Shown here: positions 50,201-62,683 of the stretch, in pieces | How the letters are laid out: every line of letters starts with the position of its first letter | How positions within the stretch are numbered: the stretch's first letter is position 1 | Source: Botryllus schlosseri | Lineage: Eukaryota | Assembly: GCA_051294905.1 (NCBI GenBank) | Contig: CM119371.1 | Coordinates: 12,092,001 to 12,156,000 of the forward strand | DNA: 64,000 nt | Direction: 5' to 3' | Made by a program: the position numbers and the translations under genes | Notes under the pieces: generated by a model | What the model was told of the DNA's origin: nothing | The model's database searches: none | The model's input: only the letters and a program-made list of their open reading frames with translations

Positions 50201-53200
50201 GTAATTAGCACAGAAGTGACGCTCCTGCGGGTATTTCGGAGCGAAAAACGGCGATTTGAGCTCTGAGCGGAAAGATGACTTTTTTTAGTCAACCGATCAC
50301 AAAGTGGGAAAAATTCACCGATTTTTGAGAATTCTTCTCCGGTTTTGCAAGTCTCAAATTTCTGAAAAAGTGTCCTCTTTTTAGATTTCCAAAATATGGT
50401 AAGCCTATTAGTATGAATTCTTCGATTCTCCATAATGGATAGACTACATCGGTTTTAGTCTCAACCCAGAATATATATATATTTTTAAATCTACTTAAGA
50501 ATATGATATGCACTGTAAAAACGTATAATATAGAAGGTGGTGGTCAAAGTAGTCATTGTCGGTAGTCAAGTAGAAGTAACGCCTTCAATTTCTACTCAAA
50601 TAGAGGTAGAAGCAATATGCAGTTAGTAAAAAAGCGAGTATTCAAGGTCTAGTTATGTTTGGAAAATGAAAACCGTCAAATAGAATTAAAAGTAGGCTTA
50701 CTCTAAAATAATAACCACTTGAGTAAGTAGTAAAGTAGGAAAAATCTACTTGAAATACTACAAGTAGAAGTATTTCGTTACTGATCACCTCTGGATATAG
50801 GTTGTAGGAAACGTTGGCTATGTAACGCGGTCACTCATGTTTACTCGAAACTACATATATACTTGGCACGAAGAAGCACACCTTACTTTAATTGTTAACT
50901 GCCTGCTTTCCAAAACCAATATTTGTAGTGCTCAGGCATTGTTGATATTCACCGCTGACAACGCAAATGCTTGAGCGTACAATACGAGAAGCTCAACAAC
51001 GATCCACTTCTACTTTTCAAAAGTACGTGGTTCATATGACAATTACACCTATAAAGTAGATGAAAACTTATTCTTGAAGTACTTTATAATTTCCAGAATC
51101 AAAATTTACGAAAACTTAACACGAAATACTTTTTACGTATCAAAATAAAAAGTAAAAGAAGCAATTTGTCTTGTGAAAGAAATGCTCAAGTAGAATTGGA
51201 AGTAGTCAAAATAATCGCCGCTTGCGTAAGTAACGAAAGTAGGCAAACTTTATTTGAGTATTACAGAAAAGTACAAGTACTTGTTTGCTAACCACATCTA
51301 TTACCGAGTCACTTCCATATTTCCAGAGTACATGGTTATCATGACAATTTCACTCAACATTTTGATGGAAACTTACGAACTGCTTAATACTTTTCAGAAT
51401 GCAAATTGTAACCAGTAAGTAGTCTTGCCGAAAAATTGCTCAAGTCGGCGCGGAAAGATGACCACTTGCGTAAGTACTTAAAGCATGAAAACTTTATAAA
51501 CCACATCCATCAAAAACCACTTTTCAGAGTACAAAATATGTTTTGCCTACTAGCATTACTAACTCAATTGGTTTCGATTTTATGCTACTTCCATTTCTAC
51601 TCGAATAGCTTTTTCGAAAATGCACATACATTTCACGCATTGGATTTCTGAAAGCATTCTACTATTGCGGAGGCGATCATTCAATCCTGCGGAACCAGGC
51701 TTGTTCGAGACGCGATAAATCAGGCTAGCGACGATTGCCACGCGCACGGGAATGAATAACCTAATTTCGAGACCATCTCATGAGGAGAACGTCACAGACT
51801 CTTCTCCCTAATTGACAACACGCTTCTCGCAAATCTGCTGCGCGGAACACTGATATCACAATTATTAAATTACAACTGAATATTAGAGTTAGACCATTTC
51901 TAAATGACATAGTTTTGGCGTTTCAAATAGTTAGGTTCAACCCCTTGTGGCTACGTGCTGGCACACGCGCATTATCGAAATGGAAGACGTCTCTAACGAG
52001 CTCGCATCGAATTACTTATCACAGTCACGAGGTGGTCGACTAAAAAATAAAAAGAAGGTCAACATTCTCTCAGCTCCCGTGTGGTATGGTAACGCGGGTA
52101 ACCCGACGTATGGTAACCCTATCGTCCCTATGTAAAAGAACTGCTCAAGTAGAATTGGAAGTAGTCAAAAACATTGCCGATTGAGTAAGTAGCAGAAGTA
52201 GGCAAAATTTATTTCAGTATTCTGGAGAAGTACTGGTTTGCTAACCACATCTATTAAGGAGTCACTTCCATATTTCCAGAATACATGGTTATTATCACAG
52301 ATTCACTCATAACGGAAAGATGACCCCTTGCATAAGTACTTGGATGCAGAAAGCTTTTACTTTTACTTTTAAAACCTTCTTACTTGAGTACTTCCCAGGC
52401 GTTACATTTTCTACTTTTAACAGGTATTATAAGAGCAAATTCTACTTGGAATTGTGTATAAATTCAAACCATTACTTCTGCTTGGACTTGATTAGCGACT
52501 TGATTAACCACTTCTACGTATGCCCAAGACCTTCTCGCAGTATTATAAACGCATGTTGAGTAGAAATTGACAGCGAAAGTTATAAATTGAGACTAAAAAA
52601 TCTTACTGCATTGCGAATTCTCTCGTTATTAAAAATATCAAATTCGATATCTTATAAGATTTTTGCATTATATGCTCTTATTAAAATAATACCACATCCA
52701 CTCTACTGAAATTGAAGCAGATATGTCATGAAGAGATGCCTTGAACCCCCAAAACGAATTGGCCACCTGTACACTACCCAACCATAATTATTATTAATTT
52801 AAGCGCGCACAAGAAATCGTTCGGTTTCTTATTTTTGTCAGATATTTAGGTACTGATTACTGGATTACCTACTGTAAAATGAAGTACGTCTGAAAGTAGA
52901 AGCAAATCGAATTGTCGAATCGGTCAAAGTTCAAATCTACAGCAGACATGAAACTAAATAAATAGCAAAAGAAAAATATATCTGTCAGTGACCTTCTCTA
53001 CTTCACACTCTGATAACTCCTGCAAACCAGCCTGCGTGACACACAGTTCTTCAATCAATTCTGCATCGAAGAGGTTGATCAAAAATTTCACTGCTGCGAT
53101 GGAATGAACCATTGTGAAGGATAGAGTGGATTCCTGCGAAAATAAAGTGTTGCGGGTGAGGTCACAATCCACCAACAAGAATCCCTAAGATATATGTGTG

Positions 53201-56200
53201 ACTGAAGAATGTTATTAGTAAAATTCAAAAGAAATACAGTGACTTGCAAACAGACAAATCCAAGTCAGGACGAAAAATTACTCCAACACCCCAAGCTCCA
53301 AGAATTAGAATACGATGCCCGCTGAGCCCGCAGTAGCCTTCGAAAATTGTCGATTTGACTCATCGCCCGAGAAGAATAACCGTCGTACAGAGCACTCAAA
53401 CACAAACTCAATTATAAAGCACTACAGAATGTACAACGTAGATAACACAGACTAAGAAATTAACTCAATAAAAAAAAACAATGAAGGAATCAAGCCAGTC
53501 AGATCAATTTCGGCTAGCGTATCGTATGATCACTCGAGGTTCGCTTTACAATAGTGACTACTACTGCCCTCTGCGGGCTAGGCCAAATCGTCGCGTTATG
53601 AGAGCACATCTTTTCAAACGAGTCGCCTGGAATTGCGCATATGAACCACGTAAACGCTACATGCATTGTATTGACCGAAAATATTTGGGAAATATATTAG
53701 TCCGTTCATATCTATTTTGCGCCAAGCATGACAAAATTTTGGACTCTGCAACTGAATTTCTTCGTCTTGGTCTCTCTCTTCCTCCCTCTTTTTGGAGTAC
53801 ATAATACTTCTACTTGATAATTTGTTAATGTCGAAAAGTAAGTAAGTCTAAAAATATGTCAGAGTCCAAGTAGAAATGGAGTATGGGAATATTGGCTTTA
53901 CTTGTTTAAGTACTACAAGTACGGGAGTACTTGAGTACCACGGAAAAGTAGAGGTACTTGGACATTGATAAATTCTGGGTTTGATTTAACTGTTTAAAAC
54001 AACGAAAGGAAATAGCCTTCGATTTTTAATCGATGTGATCTGAAATTCCTAATGGAATTGAAAATTAAATTACAGTGACGACAAAATATCTTCAAATTCA
54101 GCAGGCAAAAGAATTATTCATGAAATTAGCACAAGCAAAAAGCTTACTATTCCCTACAAAATTACCGAGTCTTCAAGACGCTCATAATTAAGTCATAAGC
54201 TACAGCTAGGCTATACTAAACTGCAAGTCATCGCTTTACGTGCCTAGCGTTGTTTACAGTTTCGCGCATAGTAAAGTCAGTGAAATGAGCGAAAGTTCAA
54301 TCCAATTATTAGTTAGGACCAGAGTTGGATCAATTACAATATTTTTATTCAATTACAATTACAATTACAATTACTTCCTTGCATGTTTCAATTACATTAC
54401 AATTATAATTACTCAATACTAAGAATATCAAAATACAATTACAATTACTGTTAAACATGTAATTAATTACAATTATAATTACAATTACAATTACAATTAC
54501 TTTAAACAGGTAATTGGTTCAGCAAAGAGGTGTTCTTTGACAACCGTAGCGAGGTTATTAGCAACAATCTCTAGCCATTCATGTTTCCTTCCTGATAAAT
54601 AGAATATCCTTTAATTAAAAAAAATCAAACGTATTCGAACTATTCCTAATCATGAGTACTGAAAACTACAAGCACGGAAAAATGTTTTAAGCGACTGTTA
54701 AGAATCAAAGGTTTGAGCGACTAACAGAGGATAGGCTACAGGACAGTCAATGAAATGTAATCAAACGATTAGGCTACTTAGAGCTGATCAGGATAATGAA
54801 ATGTAATTGGTAAGGCGTCAGCCATAAGGATGATACCGATAAGGTGCGCAAAATTGAAATAAATGCAAAAGAAAAGAACCTCCTGATAACTAAGAATTAC
54901 AATATTTTGGTTTGCATTTACATTTTCACTTGCTCGGAAACTGTTAGATTGCATTTGATGGAAATTAGGGTGCGAAAAGTTTCTGGCCCCAGTAAATTTG
55001 GCCAAGATTGGAGGCAAGATTGAGATAACATCTCTACAAATGCGTGATCAAGTTTGATGAAGCCTTTGGTTGGAAACTTGAATTTTTTTGCTATTGTTGC
55101 AACAAGCCTCGGTACTGGTCAGAGATTTAAAAAAAGCTTTGGCTGTGGTGTGGGAAATGTTTCAGCACAGGTTTCAGAAGAGTTTATTTGCTATTTATCC
55201 ATTTTTGAAATATTAAAATTTAGTTTATCCAACTGGTTCTCTAAATTTTTTAGACACGCCCCCCTTTATGACAGTGAATATTTTGTGCTCTCCTTATTGT
55301 CATAGCACAAAATGAAACCAGAAAGTTAGCAATCCTTGCATATAGTTTGATGGTATGGAAGGTTATGGCTGTTGATGAGAGAATTCTCCAATACGAAATT
55401 CAGACTATACACCGAGCAATAACCATGAAACAGAGGTGAATCGGGCCAAGCGCGGAAAAGAATTCAGTTCACTTGAGCGTCGCGCCCCGTTCAGATGCTT
55501 TCACGCCGCCCAAGGGGGCACGCCCCCAGTTTGAGAACCACTGGTTTAGCCTATATTGTAATTCACAAAAGTTTTCTGTTGCTACTGAATTATGGGAAAC
55601 AGTTTAGCGTGACTGAATTATCGAGTTATAGTGCAGCACGCATAGAACACCAATGTAAATAGGCTAATTATTACATGTGCTGACTGTTTACTAACGCCTT
55701 AAGGTCCCTCGTCGTCGTTATCCTGGTTCGTACCGGATTTTCACTGGTCCGATGAATAAATGATTGATTAAATGATTACTTTATGTTGTGATTGTCAGGT
55801 TTCCATGAAAATGTAATTGAGATTGTAATTGTGCAAAATTTTGATCAAATTACAATTACAATTACACAAAATAGAAATGCTTCAATTACTATTACAATTA
55901 CATTAAAAAATGTAATTCATTACATTCAGCTCAATTACAAATTACAATTGATCCAACTCTGGTATGGACTGGTTATCAAACTTGAATCATCTTGATATCC
56001 AACCTTGATCATGAAGTCTCCTTCAACCGAGTTACTTATCTTGATGACATCTTCTTCGTTCTTCAATTCAACGCATTCTTCTCCTACAGTCAGCTCGACA
56101 ACCTCAATATTGTTCAAATGTGAAGCTCGAGACCGTGCATTTTATCGAATATCCACCAAATATCGTGGCGTCATATCGCAGATACAGTGACGAACGCAGC

Positions 56201-59200
56201 ATCACAGATCATCATGTGTTATGCGTCATCGACACGGGTCACTGATTTTACCGGCGTTTCTGCCAGTGGCGGCATTTTTGGGACATTTGTGACTTGATAT
56301 CTTCGCAAACAATCGTTTATATGAGGCAAGAAGTAATGGCGACATCAGGATAAAAAACTTTACGAATTGAGAGAAAAACATTTAGTTCAATATAGTTGAC
56401 CTTTAAAGGAAATCGCAAGCACCCAAAACCGTATTCCTGTATTTACACGAATTCTCGAGTGAACTGTCTTTTGACACGAACGCGAAATTGGAAAGTTTGC
56501 TATTGTCAGCATGCAACTCATAATTACTTCATGGACATCACGTTGACTCCTATATTACAAGGGCAACAAAACGTTGCATTCCAAAACATTGTTATGTTCA
56601 GTAAAAACTTTTTCGATGCGCACTTTGTTGACAAGGACTGGTATGTATCTGTTGCGTACCGATAATGTCTACATGCACACTCCAGAATTGTGACGATGCT
56701 AGCAATGTTACTTGTTACTCGTGCAGTACATTTTTTAACGGCACGCGGTGTTTGATTACTTAAATGTGATACAATTTTCCAAAATATTGCTGCATAACTT
56801 GATCACCACCAGCCTGACTGGTGACTGTTGGTGAGGTGATGACATTAGATCAGCGCTCTCATTGCTGCCAGTACACTGTGACTATAAATTCGATTACATA
56901 GCACGATATTAATGAAACAGTGCAGATATCAAAACATCGTATCAGTTGGTAAATACTGTGCGGCTTCGGGATGAATGCAGAGTAGTAATGTTAAAAAAAA
57001 CACTTTTTCTTCAGATTTTACTGGCTATACGATAAAATTGTTAGACTATCAGTTGAAGTGATGCAAACCACATTTGGCTCACTTCCAATCACTAGAAGCG
57101 AAGTTATTGCAGTAGTAAAATTTCCAATTCCATGATTTTATAAGAAATAATGATAGCTTTCAATACAACATCCATTGTACTACAATATTTATTAAACTCA
57201 AATACTTTTCGGTTGCCTCTTTTTAAGAGTTACCGGCATATCAAAGGGATTTAAACGCATTTAGAAGCAAACCCAAATCTGTTCAAATCCCTTTAGTGCA
57301 GGATTGTAATGACTCGAGTCCCGGCTCGAGACACGATTTTCTGAGGACTCGACTCGAGTCATCTTCTCAAAACACGGAAATGAATCGACTCTACTCGAGT
57401 CAATCTGCGTATTGACTCGACTTGGACTCGAATCATTGCGCATGACTCGAACCAAGTTATCTGACTCGAGAGTCAGACGGCCAAGACCGACATTTCATTG
57501 TAATATCGAAGTGTAAAGTAACCACACTATTTGGATTTCGTCTATGGCGTACTGCGTTACTTGAATATGCGACCGGAACCTGCTAAAAGTGAGGAAAATT
57601 AGTATATTATAAATGCGAACCATTCGATATCACCAAACATTATTATAAAAAGTCGGTTTAACAAGACTTTAACTGGAAACTGAGCAGTCAACACAATGAC
57701 CTGAACTCGGACTCGGGTCATAATACCATGACTCGGACTCGACCCTCTGCTCGCTGACTTGGACTCGGACTTGACTTGGTGGTGAATTGAAAATGACTCG
57801 ACTTGACTTGAGTCAAAACTATAAAAGTAAGATTGACTTGTGACTCGGTTACAACCCTGCTTTAGTGTGCCCATAACTATTGAAAAGAGACACCCGAAAG
57901 TCTTGGAATTCAATAAATATTCTACTACAATGGATGTTGTATTGAATGCTATAATCAAGATCTGTACCACGAACCAGCTATTTCAATAAATAATTAAAGA
58001 GTTAGCCACCGTAAAAAAAACTATTTTAAATGAATCCAAATGTTTCTACTGCAATAACTTCGCTTCTACTGGTTTGAATTGAGCCAAATTTGGTGTGCAT
58101 CATCCCTTCTGACAGCCTAACAATTTTTGGCGGTTGACAGAAAAATTTTGAATTTTTTTTTTTTCATTTTTAATGATAAATCCCAAAATTTTCTACTGCA
58201 AGAAAATCGCTTCTACTGGTTGGAATTGACCCAAAGTTGGTGTGCAGCGTTATATTCATCATACTAACAATTTTATGACATAGCTGCTGAAATCTGAAGA
58301 AAAAGGTTTTCGAACTGCCTTAATGCAGAGGATATGTAGTATAATCAATGCTTTCTATCACGACTATGGCGTCACCATTCACGAGCGATTGTCACGTCGC
58401 AAGTCTCCGCATATCCACATAAAACTATAGTTCGGCGCCTATATGCTTGTTAGTACACAACTCAATTATAGAATCGATCTCACTTCCCAATCCAATTTTC
58501 CAGTTAGCGATTTAATCTGACGATGTCCAAGAAGTGAGCGTAGTGCAGTTGCTGAGATCTCGTTGTCTCGCAAATCAACTACCTTTACCTGAAAAAATGA
58601 AAATATTTCACGAAACGTTTAGGAGAACAAATCGTAAAAGACAGTATGGAAGCCAGAATCTATTTACGTTACGGCCGAAGGATATCCAATACAACGTACA
58701 TGACAAAGCCAATGCTGATTGTCCGTGCTATCAGCAAATTCGTAATCAATGAAATTTAATTTGATGCATATTTCCCGAAGCAATATAATGCGAATTCATT
58801 GCCTCTATTAGATATAATTACAAAATCGACATGGATTTGGATTCCAAGAATATTATGTTTTTCCAGATTTACGTATTTATGCTAGTGTTACCATATTATT
58901 GTGGCACTCTTTAGTGCCTACTAGCGGGCTTCACAATGAAATATGAATACGATGTCTGCCAATATGATGGTAAACTATCAAAGCCTTGGTCAGACATACT
59001 CAGGGCATATTTTGAAAGATGAGTATGTTCAACATCTTTGCGATTCCCATAATAAAGGGAAACCGCCCCAGGTTTAGAGCCACGGTCTCTTACTATACCA
59101 TTCAAACGTCTTCTTCCGGTCACCACGGTCTGTTTTTTTTTGCTCTCAATTTCTGTCCATTACTAAGGCTTGCTGCAACAATTGCAAAGGGAAATTCAAG

Positions 59201-62200
59201 TTTTCAACCAAGGCTTCATCAAACTTGATCACAGATTTTTAGAGATGTTATTCCGATCTTACCTCTAGTCTTAGCTTAATTTACTGCGGCCAGAAACGTT
59301 CCGCACCATATTGTTCATCAAATACAGTCGAACCGTCTTTAGGCAAGTGAAAATGTAAACGCGAACCAAAACTTTGTAATTCGTAGTTATCAGGAGGTTC
59401 ATTACCTTTGCATTTATTTAAATTTTACACACCTTATCGGCATCATCCTTATCGCCTTACCAATTGCATTTGATTCGCCATACTCTGCTCTGAGTATTCG
59501 CTTGACTGCATTTCATTGACTGTCTTGTATCCTATTCGCTATTAGTCGTTGCCAGTCACTCAAACTTTTGGTTGTTAATAGTCGCTTAAAAAAATTTTCT
59601 GTGTTTTGTAGTTTTCAGTGCTCATGATTAGGAATAGTTCAAATACGTTCAAGTTTTTTTTTCTAATTAAAGGTTAATCTACAGTACGAATCATGAATGA
59701 AACATGAATAGCTTAATATTGTTGCTAATTACGTCGCTACAGTTGTCAAAGAGGACCTCTCTAGCGAATCAATCAGACTTTTACTAGTAATTGTAATTAT
59801 AAATATAATTTTACTTAGATGTTTAACAGTAACTGTAGTCAGGGTTCTAAAGACTCGAGTCACGATTTTCTAATGACTCGACTTGACTCGAGTCAATTTC
59901 GCAAAATTCGGAAATGACTCGACTCAACTGGAGTCAATCTGTGTATTGGCTCGACTTGGAATCGACTCATACGCATGACTCGAACCAAGTCATATTACTC
60001 GAGACTCAGACAGCCAAGATCGACATTTCATTGAAATTTCAAAGAATAGTAAAGTGACCACACTATTGAGATTTCTTCTATTGGTACTGGTACCTAATAA
60101 TGCGACCTGAAACTGCTACAAGTGAGAAAAATTAATATATTATTAATGCGAACCATTCGATATCAACAAACTGGGTTATAATTAGTGGGTTACCAAGACT
60201 TTAACTGGAAGCTGAGCCGTCAACACGCTGACTTGGACTCGAGTCATAATACCATGCCTCCGAATCCTCCCGCTGATCGCTGACTTGGACTCGGTGGTGA
60301 ATTGAAAATGACTCGACTTGACTCGAGTCAAAACTATGAAGATGAGATTAACTTTTTACTCGGAGCCTTCGTGACTAGGCTACAACCCTGATTGTAGTTG
60401 TAATTTGATATTTTTAGCATAGAGTTATTGTAATTATAATGTAATTAAAACATGCAATAAAGCAATAGTAATTGAAATTGAATTGAATTGAATTAATTTA
60501 ATTGATCCAATTTTATAGGTGGCCCCATATTAAAATTAATACACAGTGTACTAAATTGCGCGTAGCGCCAAGAAAAAATTTCAGTAGCATAAATCAGCTA
60601 TTATAGTTTATGTTTATTTGGAAAAGATTTCGAACGTACTTCAAGCCTTCAAAATTACGGAATTTCATGCATATATTAAAAGTTCCTTCCAGACACAACG
60701 TGAACAGTGAAATTCCGAACATGTCCCAGAAAATCCAGACGTATGGCAATCCTAATAACTTGAGAATTTCGGACAATTATACGTGAGGGCGTTTTTCAAC
60801 AAGAGCAATGTTATTGTGATGCAACTATGCGCTCGGATAATACCCACATAGCACTGCGATGATCTAAGTCAGTAGGTTCAAAGAACACCAATGTCGAGTG
60901 ATATTCATAGGCCAAATTATACCCACTCTAGTGGCAAAATGTGCGCACCGAGTTCAAAGGTTTGTTTAAAAATGTATCGCAAAGTAGTTCTTCATAGAAG
61001 CGAAAACACAATGCAAAACCGTTATATGCAGGTCACACGGATAATTGAAAAGTGACAAGAATATACTTCTTATGCCTGTTTTCGCAGCGCTGTGTCAGTT
61101 TGGGGTCAAACGGTCCCTGGTCCCCAAACCAAATTCAAAACCAAATTCCAACTTCACCGTTTACAGTTAAATCTATCTTATTCCTCACACCGTATACTTA
61201 GGGCTACCACACCGTATACTTAAGGCTAACGCCAGACCAGGGCTAAAACAATAAGAGAACGTAGAAGCATACCAACTTATACCGTCGTTAGGGCAACTGC
61301 TTTAGCGGTTTATATATTTATTCAACTCGCAAATCGTACTTTTATCAAATTGATTGTTTGCGAATAAAAGTGTTACTAGATTTAGATTAGAACTAGGAAA
61401 GGACAATCGAGTACCTGAGTGATTCCATTCTGAATCACGTTAAATGCTTCGAGTCGAGTAATCGAGTTTCACGTATTGTGACGTCACAACTGAATGTTAT
61501 ATGTTAACATTCAAATATGTACCTTTTATGAGACCACAAAGACTATTATTGCTGTTATTCATAGCATGAAAGAAACTTTGGTTATTTTTTGACCATACCG
61601 ATCTCATTGCACTTTGTGACAATGTTATGGGATGATCATAACTTCGGAGATGTGTTATTTCTAGTAGCGTTCGCAGCTTTGTACTATATGTTTAGTATGC
61701 TACGATACGGTCAATCACGGTTTCAATGCTTCGTCGGTGAAAATTTGTATCGAAACTATAATTCTCGTTGATAAATTAAATTTCAGTGGTGAGGAGAGTA
61801 TAATTTTAGTACTCGAAAAACTCGTCTTTTATTATTCGACTCGAATCATTAAAATTAATACTCGATTCAGATTCGAGTACTCGAATCATTGTCCCAGCCC
61901 GAATTAGAACCCATATGATGTTTAAAATAATGTAATATACTATCATGTACACCGGCTTCATAATAAAGTAGTAGAGTGACAAAAAAGGGCATTGGATTTG
62001 AGGTAACATTTTGGAATAATTTGACTGGTTCAGCCCGTGAGCGATATGAAGGTTTGAATCGGGCCAGCGACGCAAGTCGAGTTTGACCCCCTGATCTAAA
62101 TCCCACCCTCATATCATGACAATTTCATTCAGACGCCAGCATGAAATAGAAAATATGTCTGCGATCGATGATGGAAAAATCAGGCTTCGATGCACGATGC

Positions 62201-62683
62201 GTTTTTAATTGACGAATAGGTTATGAGTTTACTGCTGGAAGTCACGCTAGTTATAGTGGACGACTTTGAACTCGCATGTTAATTATACGGTCCGTGGAGC
62301 ACTCACTCGGGCCAGACATGCATCTTGCAATTTACATACGACATATTAATTCAAGTGTTTTGTGCGTTTACTCACTTGCGTTCTTTCTTTCAGACACGCC
62401 GTAATGATCGCCACAAGATCATCGTTTATGTTGCAGTCATACAAACCCAAGTACATCAGACTTTCACTCCTTGCTGCAAGCGATCCAACGATATGAGCCT
62501 CATCGCGACTCAATGAGATCTGAGATGCAATGATATCAGAAATTTGTCTCATAAGATCGTCTTCTCCTGATTCATAGATTGCTGTATACAGTTCCATGCG
62601 AACGCGCTCGTTGTCCTCATTCTCCTTGAGTTGCGAAAGAATCTTTACGGCGAGAAATCGTTCTCTCAGCGACCGATTTGAGA
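47014..62683 (-). CDS. NLR-type gene B (paralog of gene A), 3' exons only; NACHT exon not in window; possibly partly degenerate
   Basis: Exons 62376-62683, about 56004-56400 (disrupted), 52993-53133, 49862-49942, 49565-49726 and 47014-47209 each align to the corresponding gene A exon with the same splice phase. For example ISKILLNCTEEENIDWSLIETCWRKYQ vs INKLLLDCSDEENINWSLVEDAAEKYK (15/27 identical, both 81 nt). Confidence 0.8.
47592..48887. mobile_element. Foldback element with ~375-bp inverted arms
   Basis: ~47650-47967 (ggttacc...gcacaccaaatttgactcaattccaaccagtagaag...gacatgtcaaaacgatgg) is the reverse complement of ~48509-48828. Weaker similarity extends out to taggggtg / caccccta. Confidence 0.85.
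49565..49726 (-). CDS. Gene B exon (LDLLGIAV...LEACQQKK)
   Basis: Homologous to 14640-14816 (VAFLNIAV...LEACQQNK); canonical splice sites. Confidence 0.82.
49862..49942 (-). CDS. Gene B 81-nt exon
   Basis: ttcag| acceptor and caa|gtacga donor; homologous to 14506-14586. Not in the ORF track. Confidence 0.82.
50044..50407 (+). mobile_element. hAT-like MITE (TAGGGTTACCATA family)
   Basis: TIRs tagggttaccata / tatggtaagccta; perfect TSD ttagtatg; the 3' half is nearly the same as 2815-2998. Confidence 0.92.
50535..52520. repeat. Cluster of decayed AGTAG/CTACT-array MITE-like repeats
   Basis: Dense aagtag/ctactt motifs; ~51175-51350 is duplicated at ~52135-52310. Similar tracts lie near 24150-24480, 44165-44290, 45835-46330 and 53800-53960. 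Confidence 0.6.
52993..53133 (-). CDS. Gene B exon (ESTLSFTMVH...)
   Basis: ttttcgcag| acceptor; homologous to 14248-14400 (ESRFAFDRVH...); the donor gtcact is weak. Confidence 0.7.
54320..55961 (+). mobile_element. hAT-like element with AATTAC arrays
   Basis: TIRs cagagttggatcaatt / aattgatccaactctg; TSD gttaggac / gtatggac (6/8); (aattac)n at both ends; contains a nested hAT end (tttgagaaccactg, ~55543). Confidence 0.88.
57000..58310. mobile_element. Foldback element related to 47592-48887, interrupted by a MITE
   Basis: ttttcttcagattt...ctagaagcgaagttattgcagtag (57004-57115) is inverted at ~58025-58303, where the right arm is partly duplicated; 57160-57222 is inverted at ~57883-57948. 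Confidence 0.75.
57299..57859 (+). mobile_element. hAT-like MITE with GACTC arrays
   Basis: TIRs caggattgtaa / ttacaaccctg; perfect TSD ctttagtg; empty site at 19251-19365. Confidence 0.92.
59160..60515 (-). mobile_element. Inverted partial copy of the AATTAC element
   Basis: Reverse complement of ~54320-55110 (for example ggcttcatcaaacttgatcac and ctcatgattaggaatagttc); ends aattgatccaa; interrupted by 59840-60390. Confidence 0.8.
59840..60390 (+). mobile_element. hAT-like MITE with GACTC arrays
   Basis: TIRs cagggttcta / tacaaccctg; TSD actgtagt / attgtagt (7/8); full-length homolog of 57299-57859. Confidence 0.9.
61394..61902 (+). mobile_element. hAT-like MITE with TCGAG/CTCGA arrays
   Basis: Degenerate TIRs taggaaaggacaat / attgtcccagcccga; perfect 8-bp TSD attagaac. 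Confidence 0.8.
62376..62683 (-). CDS. Gene B exon (HD2 end and first LRR-like units)
   Basis: RMELYTAIYESGEDDLMRQIS...SLSRDEAHIVGSL...LGLYDCNINDD; gacag| acceptor and caa|gtgagt donor. Confidence 0.88.
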
